Shown: in pieces, positions 1-10,193 of the stretch
How the letters are laid out: the number at the start of each line of letters is the position of its first letter
How positions within the stretch are numbered: position 1 is the first letter of the stretch
Assembly (NCBI GenBank): GCA_047285535.1
Contig: JBJBDC010000001.1
Location: 2,432,136 to 2,496,135, forward strand
Direction of reading: 5' to 3'
Length of the DNA: 64,000 nt
Source: Synechococcus sp.
GTDB lineage: Bacteria > Cyanobacteriota > Cyanobacteriia > PCC-6307 > Cyanobiaceae
Position numbers and translations under genes: made by a program
Notes under the pieces: generated by a model
What the model was told of the DNA's origin: nothing
The model's database searches: none
The model's input: only the letters and a program-made list of their open reading frames with translations

Positions 1-813
1 AATTAAACTCCTATATGTTTAGGTTTGGTGCGCCATGATTTCTCAATTTCTTTCATTCGTTGAGTTTTAAAGAAGATAAAACTACCTGCCTTTACAGGTT
101 TATTGGTATCGCTTGGGAATATTAGTTATTGCTCGCTCTATTTTCCAGAAAATTATCAATTGAAGGCAGGCATTTGCTTTGCTTGAGTTAGTGGCGATAA
201 ATCATTGTCTAACCATACGTGTTTTTTGAGATTCCCGCCAAGAATAGTCCATAGTCTTCAATACTGCTGTATCGTTTGGCGACTACGTTGGCTGGCTTGA
301 TGTATTATTTAGATTTTAAGTTCTTGCGGTTAATATTTAAGTATGATGCTCATAATGCCACAGATAATCAAGAGATGTAATCCTTAATATTTCGTGCTAA
401 TGGCTTATTTGCGGCTGGTGGCGGGATAAAATTAAAGCTAAATGTCTCAAAGTGCAAGTCATGGATGAAATACGTCGGCATCTTCTGGAGCGGTAGAAGA
501 ATTTGAAATTTTCATTGAGATTAATCCTGGCATGCAGTGAGATCTTTCTTACGTCGATCGATTCACTTATTCTTTGAAAAATTATTTGAAGTTTAAATAT
601 ATTGTTTTCACAGGAGAAGCGATTCTACTATGACGTAATAAATTTGGACTGTCCAGGGCTGAGGTTGTTTTCTTTCTGATTTTACGCGTAGACTGTAGTC
701 ATATTATTGATTGGCAATCCCATGGACCTCATTGCTATATTACTTGCGAAATGATCTAGGCATATTGCTCTTTGTAGTGTTTGAGACTTTTAAGAAATGT
801 ATTTCTGGGCCCT

Positions 814-1800
814 ATGAAGTTTGATTTAAAACAAATAGTACCAATCTCGCTTGTTATACCTTGTTTGGCAACTTGTGATCAGTTGCTACCTCTAATGCAT
901 GCTTTATATGCATCTAGTGTTTGGCCAAAGCAAATAATTGTTGTGAATGTATTGACCACTGTAGATCAAGCATCATGTATTAGTGTTTTTGCATCTTCTG
1001 AGTTTGCTGAACGAGTAACTTTTGTCTCTACGGATAGATTGCTTTATCCTGGTGAGGCTAGAAATTATGCAATCCCATTTGTAAAATGTGAGTTACTTGC
1101 TTTCTTGGATGTCAATACATTGCCCACATTTGATTGGCTTGAGTCCACTTACTCTGCTGTTGCGTCCGACAATTTAGATGTTATTTTTGGCAAAACGCAG
1201 TATTGCTCGGATAGAGCTTTTGAGCAATCGGTTATTGATTCTACCTTTGGCAGGAACCCTGTAACAACTCTGCCAGGTTCAATGATGACCATTTGGTATT
1301 TTAATTGCGTTGGGCATTTTTTGCCTAAGATTCGTTCGGGTGAGGATACCGACTGGCTTATTCGTTCTAATCATTTTCTTGACAGTTCAAAAGCATACTC
1401 AACTCCTTTGCTTTACAATCAGGTGCCCAAAACATATGCTGCATTGTTTGTGAAGTGGTTCCGTAATTATTCTAGTTGTGCGCCTATTTGCTTTCACTTG
1501 CAATATCAGCGAGCAATCTATGTCTTTGCTGGCTCATTGGTTGCCATTCTCATTGCATATAACTGGAATTCTGTGATTGCTTCTTGGGACTTTGATAACC
1601 CCTTCTACACTCACAATATCACTAAAATTGTCTCGTTACTTTTAATCTTCCTCTACTTTGCATTTCGTGGAATCTATTTGCCGTTAGTTCGAGGGGTCCC
1701 TTTGCGTTGTTTGCTGCCATTTCGATTTATGCGACTTGGACTTATTTGCCTTGTTATTGACATATCTAAATTGCTTGCTTTCTTGACCTGTCGAGTTTAA
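814..1800 (+). CDS. Glycosyltransferase family 2 protein with C-terminal membrane segments
   Basis: ISLVIP, PGEARN, LAFLD and SGEDTDW motifs of the GT-A fold. ATG at 814 preferred over TTG at 781. AT-rich. Confidence 0.8.
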   Translation: MKFDLKQIVPISLVIPCLATCDQLLPLMHALYASSVWPKQIIVVNVLTTVDQASCISVFASSEFAERVTFVSTDRLLYPGEARNYAIPFVKCELLAFLDVNTLPTFDWLESTYSAVASDNLDVIFGKTQYCSDRAFEQSVIDSTFGRNPVTTLPGSMMTIWYFNCVGHFLPKIRSGEDTDWLIRSNHFLDSSKAYSTPLLYNQVPKTYAALFVKWFRNYSSCAPICFHLQYQRAIYVFAGSLVAILIAYNWNSVIASWDFDNPFYTHNITKIVSLLLIFLYFAFRGIYLPLVRGVPLRCLLPFRFMRLGLICLVIDISKLLAFLTCRV

Positions 1801-2474
1801 GAACCCATTCACTTTGTATAAGCTACAGCTTAGGTCGTGAAGCTTGATTTTCATGAGTTGTTTTTCTGTCAGCAGAATGCGATTGCTCGCCTCCGCTTGG
1901 CTGCCCATCTAGCATCAGAATTTTAGTAGTACTTGGTCGCGTCTGGTTCTTGTTTATTAGTGCTGTATTTTGAGTATATTCTATCAGTCGTCTCACTTGC
2001 CTTTGTCGTTCCTGTGCTTTGCTTTAGGGCTTGTGCTTTTGCTTCTCCAAGTTGATGTTATCAAAAGACTTGATGCTGTGCTTTTCCTCTTGGTTTGAAT
2101 ATGCAATTGCTTGAGTTTTTAAAAATTAGTTCTCTTAGGGTGGATTTTCGCTTAATACCACAAAGCTCTATTCTTGACTAAACATAACAGAAGGCTGTGA
2201 TCAATTCTAATTCGTCAATGAGAAGTCAATTCTTTTGGTATTTTTAGTGTTTCATTGGTTGCTTCTGTTTTGGAGGTATTGCGTATCCAGAGCCTTCAGG
2301 CTTAGAAAAGATGTAATGTATTGCTGGTAAGGTGTTTGGATAAATGCAATATAGAGCTTTTCTAGGGTGTTGTGCATGCGCAAGCTTGATCATCCAGTTT
2401 CGAAAAACCTTTTCGCTTTTCTACTTATTGCACATTTCTGAATGGGTGGGAGTTGATCAATTGGCTGAAAAGAA

Positions 2475-3113
2475 ATGTTCTTAAGGGTTTCAGCAGCTGT
2501 TGCTGTTTTCTGGTTTTGGTTTGGTTGGCCATGGATCCGTCCAGCCTTGTTGCCAGTCTCTGGTCGTCCCTGGTTGGTGGTTCTTGATGGTTACCATCGC
2601 CTTGATATGGCTTTGACATTGCAGAGAGGAATGAAATATCGCAGATGGCCCATTCTGTTGATCACCTGTCCAGCGACCGATCAGCCGAACTCTTCTCAGA
2701 AAGCCCGAGCTTCTCCACCGATCCTGGTGGTTCAGGAGCATCCACCACTGGGCGGAGATACAGCGGGGCAAGCGGTGGCTTTAGCTGAGTGGTTAAAGCG
2801 GCTTCCTGCGCAATCACGCCCAAGGCGGGTGTTGCTTCTCAGTGATACCCACCACTTCCCTCGAGCGTCCTGGTCGGCGCAGGTTGCTGTTGGTGGGGGT
2901 GGAACACTGGTCCAACCCTGGGTCGTTGATTCCGAGGCCCCTCGCATTCTTTTGCGGCGTTGGTCTTGGAAACGTTTATGGCCTGCACTGCGAGATGTGC
3001 TGCGCCTGCAGGTCTGGCGGATCAGTGGATCCACTGGCTCTGAATTGGATTTAGAAAAGCGCCAAAAGAAGAGCAAGGCTTGCTTCGCTTTAAACCAGCT
3101 TCGATCAAAGTGA
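2475..3113 (+). CDS. YdcF/ElyC/SanA-like (DUF218) protein
   Basis: N-terminal TM; DTAGQA...VLLLSDTHHFPRA resembles the DUF218 'T..NA...LVTS.YH.PRA' motif; ends with a RDVLR helix. Confidence 0.65.
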   Translation: MFLRVSAAVAVFWFWFGWPWIRPALLPVSGRPWLVVLDGYHRLDMALTLQRGMKYRRWPILLITCPATDQPNSSQKARASPPILVVQEHPPLGGDTAGQAVALAEWLKRLPAQSRPRRVLLLSDTHHFPRASWSAQVAVGGGGTLVQPWVVDSEAPRILLRRWSWKRLWPALRDVLRLQVWRISGSTGSELDLEKRQKKSKACFALNQLRSK

Positions 3114-3182
3114 CGCTTGAGTCATCAGGTTTGTGTTCAGCGAGGAGCAATGGACAGGAGCGCGAGCCAGTCCCACATGCCC

Positions 3183-3577
3183 TCAATCCTGCTGATCCCA
3201 AGCCTTGAGGATGCTCAAGATTTCACGGGCCGTTGTTAAAGCTTGATCTGTTTCGTCTGGGTCGAACAGCTCAGAAGGCGGGGTTGCATCCATTGGGTAG
3301 CGGGATTGGATTGACATTCTGCTGAGGCTTCGCAGTGGTAGACCTTCTAAAGCTTGGGTATCAGGCCTAACTCCTTGAGCCGTTTCACCAGGTCGTTGAG
3401 CACATGCGTGTGCGGTGGATCCAGGCCCAATTCCAGCAGTGCGCTTTTTAAGCCCTTTTCGGCTGCTTGTGATGCGAAGAAGCACGCTTGGGCTAAATAG
3501 CCGTTGTTTTTTGCCAGTTGAGCTAAATCGAGGTCGTTGTGGGCCTGGCGCAGCCATGCATCCGGTCGGGCATTCAT
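3183..3577 (-). pseudogene. HEPN-domain toxin, frameshifted
   Basis: N-half MNARPDAWLRQAHNDL..ACFFASQAAEKGLK..PHTHVL is in one frame and C-half DTQALEGLPLR..IQSRYP is in another. One base appears to be missing near 3362. Start overlaps the MNT stop (ATGA). Confidence 0.8.
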
Positions 3578-3924
3578 GGGATCTCCGCCAGTAACGGGAT
3601 AGCGACCTTGGCAGCGTTGCGCCAAACGACTGAGTCGCTTGCTGGCAACTGAGCCCAGGCCTCACGGTCGAGTCCGATCACATCCTCAGCCAGGCCTGAA
3701 TCGAGCAATTGATCAACCCATGTTTCCGCCTCATGTTTGTTGGCAGCCACTACAAGAAGATCGGTATCTGACAAGCCGTCCCAATCGCCTCGAGCACGGG
3801 AGCCAAACAGATAAATCTGATCGGGACGTTTGGAACTGGACTCCACTAAATCTCGTAGCGAGCTACGTAGTGCACTTAGCCATCGGGTATGACGTTGAAT
3901 GCGTAAGGCCGCCAGACTGTTCAT
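3574..3924 (-). CDS. Minimal nucleotidyltransferase (MNT/MntA-type antitoxin)
   Basis: IYLFGSRARGD..SDTDLLVV motif; directly upstream of the HEPN gene. Confidence 0.88.
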   Translation of the reverse strand: MNSLAALRIQRHTRWLSALRSSLRDLVESSSKRPDQIYLFGSRARGDWDGLSDTDLLVVAANKHEAETWVDQLLDSGLAEDVIGLDREAWAQLPASDSVVWRNAAKVAIPLLAEIP

Positions 3925-4633
3925 GGTTGGTAATGGCCTGTTCAAAGTGAAGGTGCCAGAAAATTGGCTTAAATCTCTTCTGCAATGGAATCTAGCTAAA
4001 TCAAGCTGGCTCATTCTTGAAGCCAATGGAGTCGTTCCAGGGCGTCAAGATCAGCACCTTTTGGAGGTCGGTGAATCCAGCGCTCTGCCTTGGGAATGGG
4101 CTGGGCCGTTTTGATCAACCAGTAGGGGAGCGCAAAGATGACTCAATCTTTACCTCAACTTGAGGGCATTCAATTCTTTCGATTTGATGTTATTAAGTAA
4201 AAAATTGATGTGGAAAATTCACCAGCTTGATGACATTGTTCATGTTGCCGCGTTCGTTTTGCTCCGCCAGCGTCAAAGCACGCTTGGGACGTTGATTAGT
4301 GCTTGGCTCGGCAGGTTCTTTCTGGGTCCGCAATTGAGGTTCGCAGAACGAGGTTTCACAGCGCTCAGGATTGCCTCAGTTGCCTTTAAGCGCTTCCTAT
4401 TGAGTGGTTGCATAAAGCTTGTCAATTGACCTGCTGAATGGCGCCGAGCGTCTTGACTCAGTTTTCAGGGAAGTCTTGGCTTAGTTCGTTTCAGTCAGCA
4501 GGCTTCTCATGGCTGTAACAGGTCACAGAGATTGCCACTGCTTTCATTGGTTCTGACGTGCGACTGTATGGCTGAGGGTCTTGCGCTTGGCACTATCTGC
4601 TGATCGATTGCAGATGAGTAGTACGGTTCGCTG

Positions 4634-4942
4634 ATGGATGTCTTTACCGTCTTCCCGAAATATCAAGTTGTCATTCCTAAGCGTGTCCGCGAGCAATTTG
4701 ATCTCAAGCCAGGTCAGGGGTTGCAGGTGATCGCCTTGCCTGGAAGGATTGAGCTCGCACCAAGTAGGCCTGCTGTTGCGTTGCGCGGTTTCCTCGAAGG
4801 TGAAAACACATTTGAGCGAGAGAGTGATCGTCTGCGACGTAAGTCCATCAGGTTGTGGATTCCTCAGGATGGATTGAGGTGTTTACCGATGGACCTCAGG
4901 CAGAGCGTTTCCTTGAGGTTCTTCAAGACGAACATTCTTTGA
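4634..4942 (+). CDS. AbrB/MazE-type antitoxin (VapB-like), probably with a lost stop codon
   Basis: PKYQVVIPKRVREQFDLKPG AbrB-fold motif. The expected end ...FERESDRL is followed by CGA rather than TGA, so it reads through into vapC. Confidence 0.7.
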   Translation: MDVFTVFPKYQVVIPKRVREQFDLKPGQGLQVIALPGRIELAPSRPAVALRGFLEGENTFERESDRLRRKSIRLWIPQDGLRCLPMDLRQSVSLRFFKTNIL

Positions 4943-5223
4943 TCGTGCCTTCCATAACAATCTTCGAAGTGTTCAAGTGGATCCTTCGTGAGCATGGTGA
5001 AGCTCAGGCCATCCAGGCGATAGCCATGATGCACCGCGGCAAGATCATTCACCTTGATGACTCAATGGCCATGGCTGCTGAGCAGTTCAGTCATGCTCTA
5101 TAGCTGCCCATGGCAGACAGCATCATCCTGATGCCTGCGAGGCAAAACAAGGCACGGTTCTAAAGCATGGATTCAGATTCCAAGGGTCTGGTAGATGTTG
5201 AATTCATTTTGAAGGTGAGCTGA
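4855..5223 (+). pseudogene. vapC: PIN-domain VapC toxin with two in-frame stops
   Basis: VDSSGWIE...TIFEVFK...AAEQFSHAL*LPMADSIIL..RF*SMDSDSKGLVDVEFI. Stops at 5101 (TAG) and 5161 (TAA). Confidence 0.85.
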
Positions 5224-5284
5224 CCAGGTGATCACTGATCTGCAGTTCTTGAACAGCGCCGATGGATTTCAGAATCTTCGATCG

Positions 5285-5458
5285 CTATCCACCTTGCTTG
5301 CGACTCAGGTACAGCACTTTGTGTAAGCCATTGCAATACTCAGCTCGCTGCCACCCAAGCGCCCGCGAGCCATAGCAGACAAAGTTCTTCACATGGGATG
5401 GGTAATGATTTAGATGCAGTCGCTGTTCGCTATCGGCTTGCGGAAGCCCGAGGATCAT
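5285..5458 (-). pseudogene. Degraded minimal nucleotidyltransferase remnant
   Basis: Hand translation MILGLPQADSEQ..HVKNFVCYGSRALGWQRA keeps the YGSRA.G motif; similarity is lost afterwards. Confidence 0.55.
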
Positions 5459-5464
5459 TGCTGC

Positions 5465-5626
5465 TGAACATCACGGCTACCCGCACCTCATCCCATAAGC
5501 GGCTGATGCCACTCACTCCTTGATTGATAAGTACTTTTTTGAGTAGAAGACAGCCATGCTCGCCATGGCCAGTGCTCGCTTGTCATTGTCCATACTTGAT
5601 AGAAAGCGCACATCGGAGCCTGCCAT
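5465..5626 (-). pseudogene. Degraded HI0074-like nucleotidyltransferase substrate-binding (HEPN-like) remnant
   Basis: MAGSDVRF..DNDKRALA and, in another frame, LINQGVSGI..DEVRVA resemble segments of this family. Lies directly upstream of the MNT remnant. Confidence 0.4.
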
Positions 5627-5842
5627 CGAAACCAATAATCCACTGAATGCCAAATGCCAATCAGCTATTGCCTGGATGTGGGTCTCAAAAAAAGCGTTGA
5701 TGAGGAATTGAATTAGCTGTTGGACTCCCTCTGGATGGTGGTTCTTTGACCCAATTGAGCTCTCTGGTTCCGTCGCTGCTGTGCGTAGGACAATGTCCGA
5801 TGCTTAACGTCACTCTGTGTTGCTGACTCTGATGAGGCCCTC

Positions 5843-7597
5843 TTGAGCGCCTTGGTCACCTTGCTGTTGTTGGTGTTGGCGATTGCCTGTTTCATTGGCG
5901 GTTGGCTGGCGCCAGAACTTGTGGCCTTGCTGGCTGCAGGCCTTTTCATCGCTACAGGGGTCCTTACGCCTAACGAGGCTCTAGCGGGATTTGGCAGCCC
6001 AGCCCTGATTACGTTGCTGGGCTTGTTTGTGCTGTCCAATGGCCTGCTGCATAGCGGTGCCTTGGATCGTTTGCGTGAATTGCTGGCGTCGCCGCGGATC
6101 CGTAATCCGAGTCAATTGATGGTGGTGTTCGGTTTTGTCGTGGCGCCGATCTCCGGGTTCATCCCCAACACTCCAATTGTGGCGATTTTGTTGCCGGTGG
6201 TGCAGGGCTGGTGCCGCCGCCGAGGGATCAGTCCATCCCGGGTGTTGATGCCACTGTCGTTCGCCACCCTGATCGGTGGCACCATCACCCTGATTGGCAC
6301 CTCCACCAGCCTGCTCGCCAGTGATCTGGTCACCCGGCTGGGCTATGGCTCCTTTGAATTGTTTTCCTTCACCCCAATCGGCATTCCGGTGTGGCTACTG
6401 GGGGCTGGCTATCTCGTGATTGCCGGCCGTTCTCTGCCTGACCGCGGTGATCAAAGCGACGACAACCTGCAGGCGTTGAGCCGTGATGGCTACCTCACGG
6501 AAGTGGTGATTCCGCTGCGTTCGCCGCTCTGCGACGTGACCCTGCATGAGAGCAGGCTGCAGCGCCGTTTTGATGTGGATGTCCTTGATGTGCACCGTCA
6601 GGGCCAACGGCTGCAGCCACCTCTGGCTCAATTGCGTTTGCAAGCCGCCGATCGCTTGTTGTTGCGCTGCAGCAGGCAGGAGTTGTTGCGTTTGCAGCAA
6701 GATCGCATGGTGGATTTGGCCGGCACCCTTCTTGCCGAGGAATTGCCCCACATCCGCCATGCCGAAGTGTTAGTGCCTGCTGGTTCCTTGTTGGCTGGAG
6801 CCACGCTGCGCGAGCTGCGCTTTCGCCAGCGTTTCAATGCCACGGTGCTCGCCGTCAACCGCGCCAGCAGCTCCGTGCGGGATCGCTTAGGCCGGGTTGT
6901 GTTGAGAGAAGGCGACATGTTGCTGCTGCAGGCCCCGCTCGATGCCTTGCGCGGTCTGCAGCAATCCAGCGATCTGGTGGTGCTCGATCAGCTTGACGAG
7001 GATCTCCCCTCCACCCATCGCAAGGGATTGGCCATCAGCGTGATGCTCGCGGTGTTGCTGTTGGCTGGGTTCAATCTGATGCCCCTGGTGGCTGCCGTGC
7101 TGTTGGGTGTGGGGGTGTTGGTGATCGGCAAGTGCCTTGATGCCGGAACGGCCCTGCGCTCGATTCGCTGGGATTTGTATCTGCTTCTGGGGGGTCTTTA
7201 TAGCTTCAGTGTGGCGTTGCAGAAAACGGGTCTGGCGGATCAGGCGGCCACAAGCTTGCTCACAGTGCTGCAAGACGCTTCTGCCTACGGCGCTCTGTTG
7301 GTGATCTACGCGATCACCTTGTTGACCACCGAGTTGCTGAGCAACGCGGCAGCCGTTGCCCTTGTGTTGCCGATTGCCGCTGGAGTGGCCCAGGGATTGG
7401 GCCAGCCGACCATGTTGTTTGCCACGGCCGTGGTGATTGCGGCAAGCCAAAGCTTTCTCTCGCCGATTGGCTATCAAACCAACTTGATGGTGTATGTCCC
7501 TGGGCGTTATCGCTTCCTGGATTTTTTCCGCTTCGGCTGGCCCTTGTCACTCACTTACACCTTGATGGTGCCCCTGTTGTTGCTCTGGTTTGCTTAA
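5843..7597 (+). CDS. SLC13/DASS family permease with two TrkA-C domains (Na+/sulfate or dicarboxylate transporter)
   Basis: [23 protein letters not shown] and [14 protein letters not shown] motifs; many TMs. Confidence 0.92.
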   Translation: MSALVTLLLLVLAIACFIGGWLAPELVALLAAGLFIATGVLTPNEALAGFGSPALITLLGLFVLSNGLLHSGALDRLRELLASPRIRNPSQLMVVFGFVVAPISGFIPNTPIVAILLPVVQGWCRRRGISPSRVLMPLSFATLIGGTITLIGTSTSLLASDLVTRLGYGSFELFSFTPIGIPVWLLGAGYLVIAGRSLPDRGDQSDDNLQALSRDGYLTEVVIPLRSPLCDVTLHESRLQRRFDVDVLDVHRQGQRLQPPLAQLRLQAADRLLLRCSRQELLRLQQDRMVDLAGTLLAEELPHIRHAEVLVPAGSLLAGATLRELRFRQRFNATVLAVNRASSSVRDRLGRVVLREGDMLLLQAPLDALRGLQQSSDLVVLDQLDEDLPSTHRKGLAISVMLAVLLLAGFNLMPLVAAVLLGVGVLVIGKCLDAGTALRSIRWDLYLLLGGLYSFSVALQKTGLADQAATSLLTVLQDASAYGALLVIYAITLLTTELLSNAAAVALVLPIAAGVAQGLGQPTMLFATAVVIAASQSFLSPIGYQTNLMVYVPGRYRFLDFFRFGWPLSLTYTLMVPLLLLWFA

Positions 7598-8160
7598 AGC
7601 TCCAACAGGCCAGGTGGTGGGGTGAGGAGCAACCAGCCCTCCTCCAGGTGCACGTCGGGCACGATCGCCTCCACGAAGGGAACCAACACCGTTTTGCCAT
7701 CCTTCAGCTTGATCTCCAGCAGGTCATTCCCACCGCTGATCAGGTTGCTGACGGTGCCGATCGCTGCGTCGTTGCTCGTCAGGCGCGCTTCCAGTCCCAC
7801 CAGATCCAGCAGGTGAAATTCGCCTTCGGCCAGATCGGGACGGTCAGAAGCGGGTACAAGCACGGTTTGGCCGACGAGCGCTTCGGCGCTGGCCCGGTCA
7901 TTCACTCCCTTGAGGCGCACAACAAAAAGGCTTTTGCCAGGAAGCTGCCGGCCAGCGAGAAGTTCCACTTCCTTCGGAGTGGATCCCTTGGCTTGCAGCC
8001 AGCGAGGGCCAGGTTCGGTAAATCGTTCTGGAAAGTCACTGGCAGGGTTCAGTCGCAGCTCGCCCCGCAACCCTTGAGCTCCCACCAACTGTCCGATCGG
8101 CAGCCAATCGTCGGGACTGCTTTGATCAGCTGAAGGCGTTGGCGGAGTGGAAGTCATCAT
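7594..8160 (-). CDS. rimM: Ribosome maturation factor RimM
   Basis: [24 protein letters not shown] and [12 protein letters not shown] motifs. Confidence 0.97.
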   Translation of the reverse strand: MMTSTPPTPSADQSSPDDWLPIGQLVGAQGLRGELRLNPASDFPERFTEPGPRWLQAKGSTPKEVELLAGRQLPGKSLFVVRLKGVNDRASAEALVGQTVLVPASDRPDLAEGEFHLLDLVGLEARLTSNDAAIGTVSNLISGGNDLLEIKLKDGKTVLVPFVEAIVPDVHLEEGWLLLTPPPGLLEL

Positions 8161-8193
8161 TCGATAATGACGCCACGACTGCCCGTTTCTTGT

Positions 8194-8376
8194 ATGGCCT
8201 CCGCTGCCCCGATCTTGCCTGGATCCACGGTCACCGTGGTCGACATCCGTTCGATTTACAACGGTTACACCGGTTTTGTGCAGCGCATCAGTGGTGATCG
8301 TGCTGCCGTTTTATTTGAGGGTGGAAATTGGGACAAGCTCGTCACCATGCGGTTAAGCGATCTCAACGCCGCCTGA
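8194..8376 (+). CDS. ndhS: NAD(P)H dehydrogenase (NDH-1) subunit S
   Basis: [41 protein letters not shown] is characteristic of NdhS. Confidence 0.95.
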   Translation: MASAAPILPGSTVTVVDIRSIYNGYTGFVQRISGDRAAVLFEGGNWDKLVTMRLSDLNAA

Positions 8377-8380
8377 TGCG

Positions 8381-9190
8381 ATGAATCTGCGTCTGCGCCT
8401 TCGGCGCGTTGTTCTTGATGCCGACACTCGGGCAGGCCGCATTTACAACCTGATTATTTTTGGCACGATTCTCGCCAGTGTGGCTGGGCTGTTAGTAGAG
8501 CCCACTCCCACCTGGATTGCTGCCTCGGATCAATCACCGGATTGGACGCATGGTCTTGAGCGAATTTGCTTAGCGGTGTTCATCGCCGATTTTCTGCTGC
8601 ATTTGTGGGTGACCCCAAAGCCGTCCAGTTATCTGTTCAGTTTCTACGGCTTAATCGATTTCTCAGCCGTTCTGTTTTTTTTTATCCCCCAGATCAGCAG
8701 CGGCCTCATCCTTTGGATCTTCAAATTCGGCCGGGTTCTGCGGGTGTTCAAGCTGCTGCGCTTTCTCGATGAAGCCCAGTTGCTCGGGAATGCCTTGAAG
8801 GCGAGTGCACGCCGTATTGGCGTGTTTTTATTTTTTGTGGTGATGGCCCAAGTGGTTTTGGGTTACCTCATGGTGTTGGTGGAAAGCCGCCATCCTGAAA
8901 CCCAGTTTCAGACGGTTGGAGAAGGCGTGTATTGGGCCATCGTCACGATGACCACCGTGGGGTATGGCGACATTGTTCCCCAGACGGTGCTCGGACAATT
9001 GTTGGCTGCCGTTGTGATGCTGCTGGGCTTTGGCATCATTGCCATCCCCACTGGAATTATCACGGTTGAAACGATGCAGCAGGCGCGTCGTGGTGAGCGC
9101 GTGTGCGGGAGGTGTGGGGCGCAGACCCATCGCACCCAAGCTCTGCACTGTGATCAGTGCGGCGCCACGCTTCCGCCCGTCTCGGCTTGA
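8381..9190 (+). CDS. Voltage-gated potassium channel (ion transporter) with C-terminal Cys-pair zinc ribbon
   Basis: TMTTVGYGD selectivity filter, RVLRVFKLLR S4 segment, CGRC..CDQC tail. Confidence 0.93.
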   Translation: MNLRLRLRRVVLDADTRAGRIYNLIIFGTILASVAGLLVEPTPTWIAASDQSPDWTHGLERICLAVFIADFLLHLWVTPKPSSYLFSFYGLIDFSAVLFFFIPQISSGLILWIFKFGRVLRVFKLLRFLDEAQLLGNALKASARRIGVFLFFVVMAQVVLGYLMVLVESRHPETQFQTVGEGVYWAIVTMTTVGYGDIVPQTVLGQLLAAVVMLLGFGIIAIPTGIITVETMQQARRGERVCGRCGAQTHRTQALHCDQCGATLPPVSA

Positions 9191-9909
9191 GGTTTGAGGA
9201 GGGCAACTTTGGCGGCTGTCTGCTCAGCCTGGCGGCGTGATCCACCCCAGGCTTCTGCTGCTTGGCTGTTTTGGATGAACACCTGGCAATAAAAACGACG
9301 GGGGTCTCCGTGGCGATGGCTGATTTCCTGGCATTCGTAGGTTGGTAGACCGAGTCCCTGGGCCTGTGTCCATTCCTGCAGAGCGGATTTGCTATTTCCG
9401 CGAGTGGGATCAGCGAGTATTTCATGGCTGGTCTGGCGCCAATAGGGCGTTAGCCAAGCCTGCACGGGCTGGACGTTGCCGCTGATTCGATAGATCGCGC
9501 CCATCAGGGCTTCGCAGTGCTCCGCGCGCAGGGTGGCGCGAGCCGCGCGATCACCTTTGGCTTTGGCGCCAAGGTTCAGCAGTGATTCAATCCCAATGGA
9601 TGTGCCCAGGTTGGCCAGCCAGCGGTCACTCACCAGTTGGGCCCGTAGGGAGGAGCGTTCTCCCACGGGGAGTTGGGCATGCTCTGCTTCGATGAAATCC
9701 GATGCTGCCAGCCTCAGCACCGCATCTCCCAGAAATTCCAGTTGTTCGTGATGGCGGGCGAGTCCAGTGGAGGTGTGGGTGAGGGCTTCGTCTAATAGGG
9801 CGAGCTGCTCGTTGCTGAGCTCGCTGTTGTTGCTAAGACTTGGCTCTGGAACCAGTTGGTTCCAGAGAGCTTGGAGCTGCTGCTTGCGCTTGGGAGGGAT
9901 CACAGCAAC
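9132..9909. repeat. 778-bp direct repeat, copy 1 (partner 11855-12632)
   Basis: From gcacccaagctctg to cacagcaac the sequence recurs at offset +2723; no difference seen by eye. Confidence 0.95.
9154..9903 (-). CDS. rnc: Ribonuclease III (copy 1)
   Basis: EQLEFLGDAVL signature; C-terminal dsRBD (KSALQEWTQ...AEQTAA). Confidence 0.95.
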   Translation of the reverse strand: MIPPKRKQQLQALWNQLVPEPSLSNNSELSNEQLALLDEALTHTSTGLARHHEQLEFLGDAVLRLAASDFIEAEHAQLPVGERSSLRAQLVSDRWLANLGTSIGIESLLNLGAKAKGDRAARATLRAEHCEALMGAIYRISGNVQPVQAWLTPYWRQTSHEILADPTRGNSKSALQEWTQAQGLGLPTYECQEISHRHGDPRRFYCQVFIQNSQAAEAWGGSRRQAEQTAAKVALLKPQAETGGSVAPH

Positions 9910-10193
9910 ACTTGGAGCAGTAAATTGTTTTGTCCGATTCTATTCATCTTTACTGGCTGCGAGGATTAAAGCCTGTGAATTTCCTCGATTTTTAAATTTC
10001 ATTAGAAGGCTAGAATTGTAGAGATTGATATGATGAAGATCCTTCTTGAATTGGCATATCTTTAAGGTAAAACGAATTAGCCTCGATGGGCTGATGATTT
10101 TTTGGGTGTTTGTTTTGATTGTCTTGGTGTTGTTTAGGGATATGCCTTGAGTGGGCGTGCTACTTTCACTCTTGAGAGTTGATTTGACTAATA

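Noticed and set aside
1..780. AT-rich stretch, possibly a decayed gene
   Set aside because: No long ORF or recognisable motif in the frames I read.
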